Below, piece after piece: positions 18,969-27,757 of a stretch of 51,073 bases of DNA. The DNA lies in IMG/VR virus record IMGVR_UViG_3300047388_000215, positions 1-51,073 of that record. One strand, given 5' to 3'. The notes below the pieces were generated by a model. The model worked only from the letters and a program-made list of their open reading frames with translations, was not told where the DNA came from and did not search any database. This stretch comes from a virus (taxonomy: Duplodnaviria; Caudoviricetes). The first letter of the stretch is position 1; the number at the start of each line of letters is the position of its first letter. Made by a program: the position numbers and the translations under genes.

Positions 18969-19093
18969 GGCGGGGGTGGCCTTCCGTGTCGAGGGGGTTG
19001 CGGCGGGTCGTGGGGTGGCCGGTGTGCGCTGCTCGGCGACGGGGCCGATCCGCCAGGCCACGTCCAAGCGGCCGGGCGGGATGCGGACCTCGA

Positions 19094-19333
19094 TCAGCAG
19101 GGCGGCGTCACCGAGGTCGATGTAGGCAGGGGTGGCGGGGATGGCGGGCCTCCTGGTGGTTCAGGTGGAGGTGTTGCAGGCCCCGAGGTGGCTGGTTCGG
19201 CGTGTAGCTTGCACCGGTCGCTGTCCTGCTCCGGCCATGCCCGGCAGCGGAAGCCGTCCGGGAGTGTGTAGGTGCAGCGCTGGCGGCGGTAGGTGCGGCG
19301 GGACTGGCGCATCGTGCGGTTGTCCCGGGCCAT
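19094..19333 (-). CDS. Small basic Cys/His protein (79 aa)
   Basis: C..(TLPDG.R)C....C..H putative Zn knuckle; TAATG coupling with the upstream ORF. Confidence 0.45.
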   Translation of the reverse strand: MARDNRTMRQSRRTYRRQRCTYTLPDGFRCRAWPEQDSDRCKLHAEPATSGPATPPPEPPGGPPSPPPLPTSTSVTPPC

Positions 19334-19416
19334 TACTTGACCCAGCAGTAGTTGCAGCGGTCACAGACCACACCGTTCCAGCGGTGAAGGCCCAGCCAGC
19401 AGAGGATGCAGTCCAT
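19333..19416 (-). CDS. 27-aa Cys-rich microprotein MDCILCWLGLHRWNGVVCDRCNYCWVK (not in ORF track)
   Basis: Translated by hand. Fills the gap between neighbours, and its TAA overlaps the next ATG. Confidence 0.5.
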   Translation of the reverse strand: MDCILCWLGLHRWNGVVCDRCNYCWVK

Positions 19417-19420
19417 AGGC

Positions 19421-19630
19421 TCAGTCGTCGAAGTCCACGGGCGGGGGGTGCTCGGCATCAATCGGGTACGGCACCGACACGGGCGTCATTTTGACCACCT
19501 GCACCATGGCATCGCCGCAGCCGCAGCCGTCCACGCAGCATCGCGGTGACTCGTCCTCGTAGTCATACACGTCGTGCAGCACGGAGCCGTGCGGGCAACG
19601 CGGCGAGTTAGGACACAGCCACCACGCCAT
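19421..19630 (-). CDS. Small Cys/His-rich protein (69 aa)
   Basis: 'C.H...H.......CCVDGCGC'; TGATG coupling to the putative holin. Confidence 0.55.
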   Translation of the reverse strand: MAWWLCPNSPRCPHGSVLHDVYDYEDESPRCCVDGCGCGDAMVQVVKMTPVSVPYPIDAEHPPPVDFDD

Positions 19631-19791
19631 CAGCCGATGCTCAGCGAGGTCAGCACCTGAACCAGCACCCATGCGGCCAGTCCGGCGCCGAGCAGGTTGA
19701 TGCGGGCGCTGGACACGTTGAACGCAGCCAACAGAAACAGCACCAGCGCCAGCAGGAGCAGGAAGAGGTACAGCGGGTGGGTGACGGTCAT
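19630..19791 (-). CDS. Putative holin (53 aa, 2 TM; not in ORF track)
   Basis: Hand translation MTVTHPLYLFLLLLALVLFLLAAFNVSSARINLLGAGLAAWVLVQVLTSLSIG; starts immediately downstream of the peptidase gene. Confidence 0.6.
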   Translation of the reverse strand: MTVTHPLYLFLLLLALVLFLLAAFNVSSARINLLGAGLAAWVLVQVLTSLSIG

Positions 19792-19792
19792 G

Positions 19793-20716
19793 TCACAGCC
19801 CCCTCGCCGCGAGCCACACCTTGGCGGCGTCCGCGGCGTGCTTGTTGCCGCCGTGGTGGCGCTCGATCACCCACGGGTGCAGGACCGCGGCGAAGGCTTG
19901 GTCGGCGTCGGTCGGCGTCGGAGTGGGTGCGGGCGTCGGGGACACCGGGATGACGACCTTGCCACCCGTGATCTGCTTGACCGCGGCGGCAAACCCTGGC
20001 AGGTCGAAGTGGGCACGGAAGTCCGGCCGGTCCACATGCGCCTGCACCAGCACGAACCACAGTTCCTCGACCTGATGGGCGTCGAAGCTGCCGGTGACCT
20101 GGAGCAGCTTCGCCCACGACACGTCACGCCAGCGGGCGCCACCGTAGCCGACCCGGGCGATGCAGTGGCCGCCCTCTTCCGGTGACCCCGGCGCGTAGTC
20201 CCATACACCTTCATCGAACTGGTCGGTCATCTGCGCCTGATCCACGACGCAGCCGACCATCAGACCGAGGCCGAGGTAGACGGCGGCCTGCGTTTCCTGC
20301 GCGTCGCGGTGGTCTACCTTCGCGAACCCGAGGATCAGCCCGGTGGCCACCAAGTGCTCCAGGAACGTCTGGATCACCATGCCGCCGTCCGCGGCCGACC
20401 CGGGGCCGTTGGTGTCTGCGGTGCCGGCCGGGTCGAAGTCGGGGTTCTGGGTGCGGTACAGGTCGAGGATCTGCTGCTCGGTCAGGTTTGCGTAGGAGCC
20501 GCCGAGCAGGGTGTGGATGGCTTGGAGGACATGGTCCCAGCAGGCGACGACGCAGTCGCCCCAAGCGTCGTTGAGGTCCATCGGGTAGTCGAACTGGCCG
20601 GCGTCGAGATCGACGGTGGGGTGTTCGGGGGCGGCGGTGAGGAACCGGCCGAACGGGACTGCGGCGCGGCCGGGGATCGGTGGGCGGCGACCGGTCTTCC
20701 GGGTCGGGTGTGGCAT
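19793..20716 (-). CDS. Papain-like cysteine peptidase, candidate endolysin
   Basis: 'NDAWGDCVVA..DH', 'DGG', 'EGGHCIARVGY', 'VSWAK' catalytic-type motifs. Pro/Thr linker and short C-terminal domain. GGAGGG RBS; adjacent to a 2-TM gene. Confidence 0.65.
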   Translation of the reverse strand: MPHPTRKTGRRPPIPGRAAVPFGRFLTAAPEHPTVDLDAGQFDYPMDLNDAWGDCVVACWDHVLQAIHTLLGGSYANLTEQQILDLYRTQNPDFDPAGTADTNGPGSAADGGMVIQTFLEHLVATGLILGFAKVDHRDAQETQAAVYLGLGLMVGCVVDQAQMTDQFDEGVWDYAPGSPEEGGHCIARVGYGGARWRDVSWAKLLQVTGSFDAHQVEELWFVLVQAHVDRPDFRAHFDLPGFAAAVKQITGGKVVIPVSPTPAPTPTPTDADQAFAAVLHPWVIERHHGGNKHAADAAKVWLAARGL

Positions 20717-20790
20717 AAGCGGGCAGCCCTCCAGGCTCTACGCGGCGATCCCTGACGGCGGACTCACTTCGGTGTCCCGGGTTTGGCTAG

Positions 20791-20895
20791 GCGGCAACCC
20801 CGCAGCACGGGGGGTCCGCAGGGTTGCCGCGTCCCTGGGAAAGGGGGGGTCAGACAGCAGGAAGCCCCGGGCCGGGTCGAATGGCTCGAGGCTTC
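20791..20895 (-). terminator. Two stem-loops in the late-operon leader
   Basis: GCGGCAACCC...GGGTTGCCGC (20791-20830, 10-bp perfect arms) and GAAGCC...GGCTTC (20861-20895). Confidence 0.5.
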
Positions 20896-20932
20896 GGGGC
20901 GCTGGCGTTCTGATCTCTCAGACAGCTCAAAC

Positions 20933-20955
20933 ACCCTACGGTGATCTTTTTCTCA
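20933..20955 (-). promoter_or_regulatory. Candidate late promoter
   Basis: Minus-strand TAGGGT (TANNNT -10, 20938-20933) preceded by an A-tract, right after the regulator stop codon; no clear -35. Confidence 0.4.
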
Positions 20956-21915
20956 CGCGGTGGGCCGTTCGTCAAGCGCGGCGCGCCGGGCTGTCACCGC
21001 CGCGTCCACTTCTTCGGCGCAGTACAGCATCGAGGGGCGGCCCACGCTCACCCAACCCACGGTCGTCCAGCGGCGGACCTGCCAGCGGTCCTCGGTGGCC
21101 CACCGGTACAGGGTGGACAGCGCCACACCGTGCAGCTGCGACAGGGCGGCCATGGTCAGCCACTCCTGCCGGCCGGGCAGCGTCTTGCGCAGCGCCCGCC
21201 ACGTGTCGGCCATCCAGGTGTGGTCCGGGTCGTCGGTGCAGATCACCCGGTCCGGGAGCAGCTCGTCCCAGGAGCCGACCGTGGCCCGCAGCCGGCCCCC
21301 GCAGCCGGCAGCGGGACAGTCCGCGACGACATGCCACGTCCGGCCCGACGGGTACGCGCACGACCATGCCACCGAATGCAGATCAGCCAGATCCTGCGCC
21401 CAGTCGTCCACGTACGCCTGAGCCAACAGCCAGGGATGCCACGTGGTCAGCCAGTCGGTGAGCACCTGGACCTCGGTCACCTCGCGCGGGATGGCGGTCA
21501 GGCGGGTGATCATCTCGACCTTGCCGGTGCGCGGGTTGATGACGTTGTACTTGCGGCGTCGCGGCACCAGCACGGCGGCAGGCCGGGCTTCCGGGGACAG
21601 GTCCGGGGCGGTCGCCTTCGCCTCCTCGGCAACCATCAGCGCCCAGGTGGCCAGCTTGTGCCGGATCGCGTCCCGGACGGTACTGACTTGGGTTCGCAGG
21701 TCCAGGCCGACATCGCGGGTGCCGGACACCACCGGGCCACCGGACAGGTCCCCGGTGGCCAGCGCGTACTCCAGGACAGCGTGTAGCGGCGCCAACTGCC
21801 GCAGCCACCTGGACAGGCCCGCCTCATGGCCGGCGCACACCAGCAGGCCGTCCAGGGCACGGCGCGGACGCTCTGGGTCGTGGTGGTGCGGGACGACGCA
21901 CAGGGTGTCCGTCAT
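20953..21915 (-). CDS. Putative late-gene regulator (Zn-ribbon plus C-terminal HTH)
   Basis: 'CPAAGCGGRL...C....H.W' followed by 'WLTMAALSQLHGVALSTLYRWA' HTH. Last early gene before the lysis/head genes. Confidence 0.65.
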   Translation of the reverse strand: MTDTLCVVPHHHDPERPRRALDGLLVCAGHEAGLSRWLRQLAPLHAVLEYALATGDLSGGPVVSGTRDVGLDLRTQVSTVRDAIRHKLATWALMVAEEAKATAPDLSPEARPAAVLVPRRRKYNVINPRTGKVEMITRLTAIPREVTEVQVLTDWLTTWHPWLLAQAYVDDWAQDLADLHSVAWSCAYPSGRTWHVVADCPAAGCGGRLRATVGSWDELLPDRVICTDDPDHTWMADTWRALRKTLPGRQEWLTMAALSQLHGVALSTLYRWATEDRWQVRRWTTVGWVSVGRPSMLYCAEEVDAAVTARRAALDERPTA

Positions 21916-22166
21916 GGCGACCTCCAGTACCGGAACCGCTGCCAAGCCGTCGCCGGCCGCCACTTCGCACCGACCATGCACTGCCCCCGGGTGTATGTCC
22001 CGACGCCGTACGCGTCACACCAATCGCAAGCGTCCCCGACCCGCCACAAGCGGCGGCAGGCGCAGCGCCAGATCGAGCCGTGCGCACCAACCGGTGGGAG
22101 AACGCAGCGGTTGACCGGAGTCGCCGACCGGCCACTGACCCAGTTGCCTGCCGGAGTGTCCGTCAT
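21912..22166 (-). CDS. Hypothetical Cys-rich protein (84 aa)
   Basis: ATGA-coupled on both sides. Confidence 0.55.
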   Translation of the reverse strand: MTDTPAGNWVSGRSATPVNRCVLPPVGAHGSIWRCACRRLWRVGDACDWCDAYGVGTYTRGQCMVGAKWRPATAWQRFRYWRSP

Positions 22167-22453
22167 CGCCGCCCCCCGAGTGCCAACAGCTCAGCAGGGA
22201 CAGGCGCGGTCAGCGGCACCACCAACACCGGCTCCACCGCCGCTTCCCGCGTGGCCGGGTCCATGTACCGCCGGCCGTCACGGAGGGCGTAGCGGTCAAA
22301 CTCGACGTGGCCGTCACCGTCGGCGAGGACGCGGAGCCCGAACACCACACCCGGGTCCACGCCGAGCGCCCGTATCCAGTCACACAGGACCGAGGAGCCG
22401 CGCCATTGCCGGCAGTCGGGGTCGTGCACGCTGAGTTCCAGCACCACCGTCAT
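22163..22453 (-). CDS. Hypothetical protein (96 aa)
   Basis: ATGA-coupled on both sides. Confidence 0.55.
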   Translation of the reverse strand: MTVVLELSVHDPDCRQWRGSSVLCDWIRALGVDPGVVFGLRVLADGDGHVEFDRYALRDGRRYMDPATREAAVEPVLVVPLTAPVPAELLALGGRR

Positions 22454-22680
22454 CGCCGCTCCCCGTCGTCGTGCCAGGCGTGCTCATGCGGGCCGTACGC
22501 ACACGACCAACACGCCGCCAGATACCGCACCACGGCCGGGCTCCAGCGGGCCACGGCGGTCCAGTTGTCGCAGCCACCCCAGTCGCAGGTTGCAGGTAGA
22601 TCCCCATCCATATGGGCGGGGTCAAACTGCTCAGCCACCGCCAGCGTGACGACCTCGCCGTGGACCGGCGCGGCGGTCAT
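22450..22680 (-). CDS. Hypothetical protein with CxxxxC/CxxC (76 aa)
   Basis: Coupled ORF with GAGGGGAG RBS. Confidence 0.55.
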   Translation of the reverse strand: MTAAPVHGEVVTLAVAEQFDPAHMDGDLPATCDWGGCDNWTAVARWSPAVVRYLAACWSCAYGPHEHAWHDDGERR

Positions 22681-22764
22681 AGCCGCTCCCCTCGCCGGGC
22701 CTTACGTCGTTCCCGCCACGTCGCCGACAGCGTGCACGCCGCTGCGATCCCCCACGCCACAAGC

Positions 22765-23145
22765 TCAGCCACCGTCCACCCACCTACTCCCCGTCTCGGT
22801 CTCCTCGTGCGGTCCTCCGCGGGCCACAAATCCGGCTGCTCGAAGCTGGGCACCGCTCACCTCGGTCACGTCGTTGAACAGAATCACGTCGGGGAACCGC
22901 TCGCGCAGGACGCCGCGCGCCGCCGGGTTGATCTCGACCGCAGCGACGACCCGGAACCCGGCCCGCTCCAGCGCGGCGTCGATACCGCCCACGCCGGCGA
23001 ACAGAGACACTGCGGTCGGTCGGTCGTCGCCGAACGCGGGCATCGGGTGTCCGCAGGGGCAGGCGCACGGCCCGGACCACCGCAGCCGGCACACCTTATG
23101 CTGACCGGTGCCGCAGAAGCCGGTGAGATATTGGCGGGCGGTCAC
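22765..23145 (-). pseudogene. Truncated C5-cytosine DNA methyltransferase (motifs I-III only)
   Basis: 'VSLFAGVGGID.ALERAGF..VAAVEIN..AR.VL..RFP...FNDV' stops before the catalytic PC motif IV. Confidence 0.75.
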
Positions 23146-24224
23146 GACGCCTCCCGCTGGTCCAGCGCAACGCCGGCACGCTTGCCGCACTCACCGCACA
23201 GCGACCCGTCCGCCGCTGGGTCAGCGCGGTAGCTCACCCAGGCGTCCTCGGCCAGCATCTCCAGGTCGCACAGCGTGTGGCCGAGGACAGCGCCGGGCGG
23301 GTACTGCGCCACAACCGCCCGGCCTTCGAGCTTCACCGGCATCGGACACTCCGGCCGGCTCGCGTCGGTGACGTGCACGACCGCGCCGAGTTTCGCCGCC
23401 GGCACGACGTAGCCCGCCGGGGCGGTCGGCTTGGCCGGGCGCGGCCGGCGGCGCGGCTTCGGGTCGCCGGGTAGCCCCTTCACCGCCAGCCCGGCCGCAC
23501 GGGCGTCAACGCAACGCAGGCAGCGGGTCTCCTGGTGGGCGCACCACACACGGTTCCGGTGGTACGCATCAGCGCCGGGGCAGTCCGCAGCTTGGGTGCA
23601 CTCCCAGCCGTCCTCGTGCCGGCGGTTCTCGCCCGAGCATTGCAGCCGCCACCGCCGTCCCGGCTCGGCGGGCACCCAGTGCCGCTCGTACTTGATCGCC
23701 CAGTGGAAGCACTGGGCGCGCAGGTGGAACACCGGGCTCGGCGCCGTGGGCGCGTCGAGGTTCATGCCGTCGAAGACGACCGACTTCTGCCGCGTCGTGA
23801 CCGGCTCGCCGCAGGCCATGCAGCCGAGCTCCGCCTTCGCGGCCTTCGCAGCGGCCCGCGACGCTGACTTCTCGGCCTCCCGGCGCGCCATCGTGTCCCG
23901 GCACGGCGTCGGCTCGCCGCACTCCACGCACGCCGGGTAGTGGCCGTCCTCGTACACCTGCCACTCCATGTACACGCTGACCGACAGGCTCACGTCGTAG
24001 TCGCGGTCCCTGACATCGTCACCACGGCCCGCCGGCCGCAGGATCACGTGGACCTTCGGGCGCTTGACGTCCTGAAGGTCGGCCGGATAGTCCCGGATCT
24101 CGACCACCCGCCACACCATGTGCCGCAAGGCGACCAGCGTGCCGGGCTCCGGCGTCTTCAAAACGAGCCGGGTGCCGTGCGCATCCCACGGATACGGCAG
24201 CGCCGGTGGCCAGTGCCCGCTCAC
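23142..24224 (-). CDS. Multi-Cys (Zn-binding) hypothetical protein (360 aa)
   Basis: Several CxxC clusters; GTGA-coupled. Confidence 0.6.
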   Translation of the reverse strand: MSGHWPPALPYPWDAHGTRLVLKTPEPGTLVALRHMVWRVVEIRDYPADLQDVKRPKVHVILRPAGRGDDVRDRDYDVSLSVSVYMEWQVYEDGHYPACVECGEPTPCRDTMARREAEKSASRAAAKAAKAELGCMACGEPVTTRQKSVVFDGMNLDAPTAPSPVFHLRAQCFHWAIKYERHWVPAEPGRRWRLQCSGENRRHEDGWECTQAADCPGADAYHRNRVWCAHQETRCLRCVDARAAGLAVKGLPGDPKPRRRPRPAKPTAPAGYVVPAAKLGAVVHVTDASRPECPMPVKLEGRAVVAQYPPGAVLGHTLCDLEMLAEDAWVSYRADPAADGSLCGECGKRAGVALDQREAS

Positions 24225-24496
24225 GCCGCACCGCCCCGCTCGATCGGCGGCACGTAGGTCGGGTCAAGTGCCGCTGATCGCCCCGCGTCAGTCAGCCACA
24301 CCAGCAGCGTCCGTGGCATGACACCCGACGTCGCCCTCACCAACCCGAGCCGCGCCAAAGCGTCCACCGCCTTGCCTGCCGACGTCGGGAAGGTCCAGCC
24401 GTGCTCGCCGAGCCGGTGCCGGGCGGCCAGCACCTCCAGCACGAGGTACTGGGTCAGCGGAAGCCGGTCCACATCCACGCCAGCCGGGGCGCTCAC
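24221..24496 (-). CDS. Small winged-helix-like protein (91 aa)
   Basis: 'AVDALARLGLV....WLTDAGR' pattern; GTGA-coupled. Confidence 0.5.
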   Translation of the reverse strand: MSAPAGVDVDRLPLTQYLVLEVLAARHRLGEHGWTFPTSAGKAVDALARLGLVRATSGVMPRTLLVWLTDAGRSAALDPTYVPPIERGGAA

Positions 24497-24681
24497 GCCG
24501 CACCGTCCAGCACTGGCCGGCCGTACTCCCGGGCCAGACGTTCCAGCCACGACAGGTCACGCCCATACTCGGCCAGGTCCGCCAGCGTCAGGTTCGAGGT
24601 GACCTCCCGGACCTCGCCGTCCACCACGACACGGTGCACGTGGATGCGGGTCAGCTTCGCCGGGGCCTTGAACTCGCCCAT
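24493..24681 (-). CDS. Hypothetical protein (62 aa)
   Basis: TGATG-coupled to DnaB. Confidence 0.5.
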   Translation of the reverse strand: MGEFKAPAKLTRIHVHRVVVDGEVREVTSNLTLADLAEYGRDLSWLERLAREYGRPVLDGAA

Positions 24682-26072
24682 CAGGACGCCTCGCGCTCAA
24701 TGTCGTCCCAGTACCGCTTCGCCGCGGGCGGCATCGGCTGGCTCATGCACACCAGCCGGGAGTAGTGCCCGTACATCGCCATCGTCACCGTGCAGTGCTT
24801 CGGGCCGTGCCGGTTCTTCTCCACGATCACATCCACCTCGCCGGCGCGCTCCTCCTCCTTCGGGTCGTGCAGGAACACCACGACGTCGGCATGGTTCTCG
24901 ATGTCGCCGGACTCGCGCAGGTCGCTGAGCATCGGCCGGCGGGTGTCGGCAGCGCGACCGACCTGCGCCAGCGCCACCACCGGCACGTGCAGCTCCTTCG
25001 CCAGTTCCTTCAGCCGCAGCGCGTTTCGACCCACCTGCTCGTACCGGGCCCGCTCCCGCGACCGGTGGGTCGCGGCCTCGTCGGCGACGATCTGGAGGTA
25101 GTCGACCACCACCATGCCCAGCGGGTGCCGGGCGGCGACGTCACGGGCGTTCGCGCAGATGTCCTCCACCGTCTGCTGCTCGGTGCAGTCCACGTACAGC
25201 GGCAGGTCCAGCAGCGACACGTGCACGTCAACGGCGCGGCGGACGGTGTCTTCCGGCACGTGCTGCCGGCCGATCTGCAGGTCGGTCAGGCTGATCCCGC
25301 CAACCATCGACAGCAGCCGCTGGTTGTAGTCGTGCTGGCCCATCTCCAGCGACGCGACGTACGCGGCTAGGTGCTCGCCGCCGCGGCGGTGGTCGACGGT
25401 GTGCTTGGCGACCTGCGCGCCGACGATCGACTTACCACCGCCCGGCCGGCCGGCGAAGATGTACAACCGGTCCGGGTAGAAGCCAGTGATGATGTGGTCC
25501 AGGTCCGGCCACGGCGAGCGGATGAACCCGTCCGGGACGGTGCCGATCAGGTCGATCGTCTCACCCATGTGCTCGCCGACGATCCGCAGCCGCTCCCGGG
25601 TGTGGACGGGGGCGATAGCGTCGATGTCCTGCCGGGCGCGGGTCAGGGCGTGTGCGAGGTCGTCGGGGAACGCGCCGGCCGCAGTCGCGGTCTGCTCGAT
25701 GCGGTGCCCGGCCTCGGCGAGCCTGCGGAGCCGGCCGGCGGCGGCGACCTGCCCGGCGTACCAGCCGAGCGACCCGACTGCGGCGCCAAGCTGGTACAGA
25801 TCGAACAGGTACGCCGCGGCGTTGCCTCGCTCCGCTGGCACCAGTAGGCCGCAGCGCTCCCACTCGGCGCGCGCCACGAACGGGTCCACCGGCGAGCCGG
25901 CGGCCGCGGCGCGGCGCAGCGCGGTCAGTAGCGCGCCGAGGACCGTCAGCTCGAAGTCGGCTTCCTGCACCGTCTGGCACTGCTCCAGCCCTGCGGCCCC
26001 GGCGTGCATGAGAGTGCCGATCAGGATCTCCTCGGCGCCGGTCTGCCGGCCGATGTCCTGCGCGGCGGTCAC
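24681..26072 (-). CDS. dnaB: Replicative DNA helicase, DnaB family
   Basis: Walker A GRPGGGKS, SLEM, VVVDYLQ, LAQVGR, LSDLRESGDIENHADVV, KNRHG. GTG start at 26072 with GTGA overlap. Confidence 0.95.
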   Translation of the reverse strand: MTAAQDIGRQTGAEEILIGTLMHAGAAGLEQCQTVQEADFELTVLGALLTALRRAAAAGSPVDPFVARAEWERCGLLVPAERGNAAAYLFDLYQLGAAVGSLGWYAGQVAAAGRLRRLAEAGHRIEQTATAAGAFPDDLAHALTRARQDIDAIAPVHTRERLRIVGEHMGETIDLIGTVPDGFIRSPWPDLDHIITGFYPDRLYIFAGRPGGGKSIVGAQVAKHTVDHRRGGEHLAAYVASLEMGQHDYNQRLLSMVGGISLTDLQIGRQHVPEDTVRRAVDVHVSLLDLPLYVDCTEQQTVEDICANARDVAARHPLGMVVVDYLQIVADEAATHRSRERARYEQVGRNALRLKELAKELHVPVVALAQVGRAADTRRPMLSDLRESGDIENHADVVVFLHDPKEEERAGEVDVIVEKNRHGPKHCTVTMAMYGHYSRLVCMSQPMPPAAKRYWDDIEREAS

Positions 26073-26542
26073 TGGGTCACCGCCCGCTGCGACGCCCGGC
26101 CGAGCTGGCGGCGGCGGTAGTCGGCGAGGTCCAGCCCGGAGGCCCGGTAGGCGTCCACGTCGGCCGGCCCCCACTCGCCGTCGAGGACCAGCCTCGCCAG
26201 TTCGCGCTGCTCGCCTAGCCAGCGCTCCACGTCCGACTGGTCGGCGGGGATCTCCTGCCGGTGCTCGTTGCGGGTCAACGCGAACGGCCGGTTCGGGTGC
26301 AGCGCGGTGCAACGGTCCATCCGGGCACGGCGGCGCACGTCCACCATCGCCACCAGGTGCGCCGGGGTCAGCCAGTCCGTCGACTGGCTGTGATGCTGGG
26401 CCACCGCGTCGAGGCAGTCGGTCAGCGTGTACCGGCCGATGATCTCGTGCCACGCGGCAACGTCGGCCTCCTCGGGGATCGGGCGGCGGCCGTCGAGGAG
26501 CTGGGCTTTCGCCAGCACGCGGCCGGTGTCTGCGAGGTTCAT
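26069..26542 (-). CDS. Helicase loader/inhibitor-like protein (G39P-like)
   Basis: 'LA.A...D.R......V.AW..II......DC..AV..H......WL.PAH' between initiator and DnaB. Confidence 0.6.
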   Translation of the reverse strand: MNLADTGRVLAKAQLLDGRRPIPEEADVAAWHEIIGRYTLTDCLDAVAQHHSQSTDWLTPAHLVAMVDVRRRARMDRCTALHPNRPFALTRNEHRQEIPADQSDVERWLGEQRELARLVLDGEWGPADVDAYRASGLDLADYRRRQLGRASQRAVTQ

Positions 26543-27387
26543 CGGGCCCCCTGTGCTTCGAGACGGGCGATCAGGTCGGCGGTCGGCGCCAAGCGTTCGG
26601 AGGCGCCGGGTGGGTGGCGCGCGCCGTTGCGCGGCGGTGGCAGCCCGACGAGTTCGGTCCGCAGCGTCTCCACGGTCACGCCGCGGCCGTCGGCGGCGAG
26701 GCGCAGCAGGGCGGCGCGGATCTCGTCGTCGGCCCACTTCTCGGCGTGGATCGCCTTCATGACCACGCCGTTGACGGCCGGCCACTTGCACATCGGTTCG
26801 ACCTCGGCGTAGGCGTCGGTCAGGCGCTTGGATCGTTGGGTGACGCTCAGCGGTCCGGGTGGCGCCGACGCGGAGTCGTCGGCAGCAGGACGATAGTCCT
26901 GCTGTCCTTCTGTCTCTGTCTCTGTCTCTGTCTCTGTGTTCAAGCCGACCGAAGCAACCTGCTTAGCACTTTGCTTACCAACTTGCTTCGAGGGTGCTTC
27001 GCGCTTGCGAACCGAACCGCTTCGCGTGCCACCCTTGCGGCCACTCTCAGCGCGGGTCGCGGATAGGGCCTCGACCTCGGCGCGGGACCGGTTGCGCTTC
27101 AGGAACGCGGACACGAAGAAGCCGTCGTCGGTAGCCGCGATCAGCCCGACTTGGGCCAGCAGCCCGACCTGCCGCTCGCCGACCCTCGGCGAGTCGGGGT
27201 AGCACAGCACGCCGACCTGCTCGACAGGTACGAACCCGTCGGTCAGGTTCCGCTTGGCGTACAAGGCCATCTGCACGTACAGGTCACGCGCCGCCCGGGC
27301 GTCCTTCGGCCATCGGGCGAGGGCGGCCACCTTCGGGTCGTCGGCGAAGTTGACCGACAGCTCCAGGTGGATCTCGCCGTTGGCCAT
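26539..27387 (-). CDS. Phage replication initiator protein
   Basis: N-terminal 'FADDPKV...NLTDGFVP' wHTH-like domain, central low-complexity region with iterons and ETETETE; located upstream of loader and DnaB. Confidence 0.75.
   Translation of the reverse strand: MANGEIHLELSVNFADDPKVAALARWPKDARAARDLYVQMALYAKRNLTDGFVPVEQVGVLCYPDSPRVGERQVGLLAQVGLIAATDDGFFVSAFLKRNRSRAEVEALSATRAESGRKGGTRSGSVRKREAPSKQVGKQSAKQVASVGLNTETETETETEGQQDYRPAADDSASAPPGPLSVTQRSKRLTDAYAEVEPMCKWPAVNGVVMKAIHAEKWADDEIRAALLRLAADGRGVTVETLRTELVGLPPPRNGARHPPGASERLAPTADLIARLEAQGAR
26910..27000. repeat. Probable origin iterons plus (TGTCTC)n tract inside the initiator gene
   Basis: TGCTT at 26960, 26972, 26984 and 26995 (11-12 bp period), next to about 4.5 copies of TGTCTC (26910-26937). 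Confidence 0.6.
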
Positions 27388-27579
27388 CTACCGCCCCCCG
27401 CGGTCGGCGATGTCCTCGATGCTCTCCCCCGCGAGAGCACGTACCGCGTCCTGGACGTGAGGCTGGCAGCGGGTGCAGAACCGGCGGTGTTGGAGGATCG
27501 ACAGGCCGAGCCGGATCCGGTCACCCTCAGCCGCTGCGGCGGGTCGCGGTAGCGGGACCACGTTGTCCGGGCCGGTCAT
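27388..27579 (-). CDS. Hypothetical protein with CxxC (63 aa)
   Basis: MTGPDNVVPLPR...FCTRC; abuts the initiator start. Confidence 0.5.
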   Translation of the reverse strand: MTGPDNVVPLPRPAAAAEGDRIRLGLSILQHRRFCTRCQPHVQDAVRALAGESIEDIADRGGR

Positions 27580-27757
27580 GCCGGCCGGGCCATATGCCGG
27601 GGTGATACGCAAGGCAGCGATGTGCGAGCATGCAACACCACGGCCTCCTTCCGGGTATACGGTGGGAGGTCCAGGGGCCGCGCGGTGTTGCTAGCACCAG
27701 CGCGGTCCCGCCCATATGAGGGCTCGGCCATCCTAGCGTGGGAGATCACCGGGCGGG

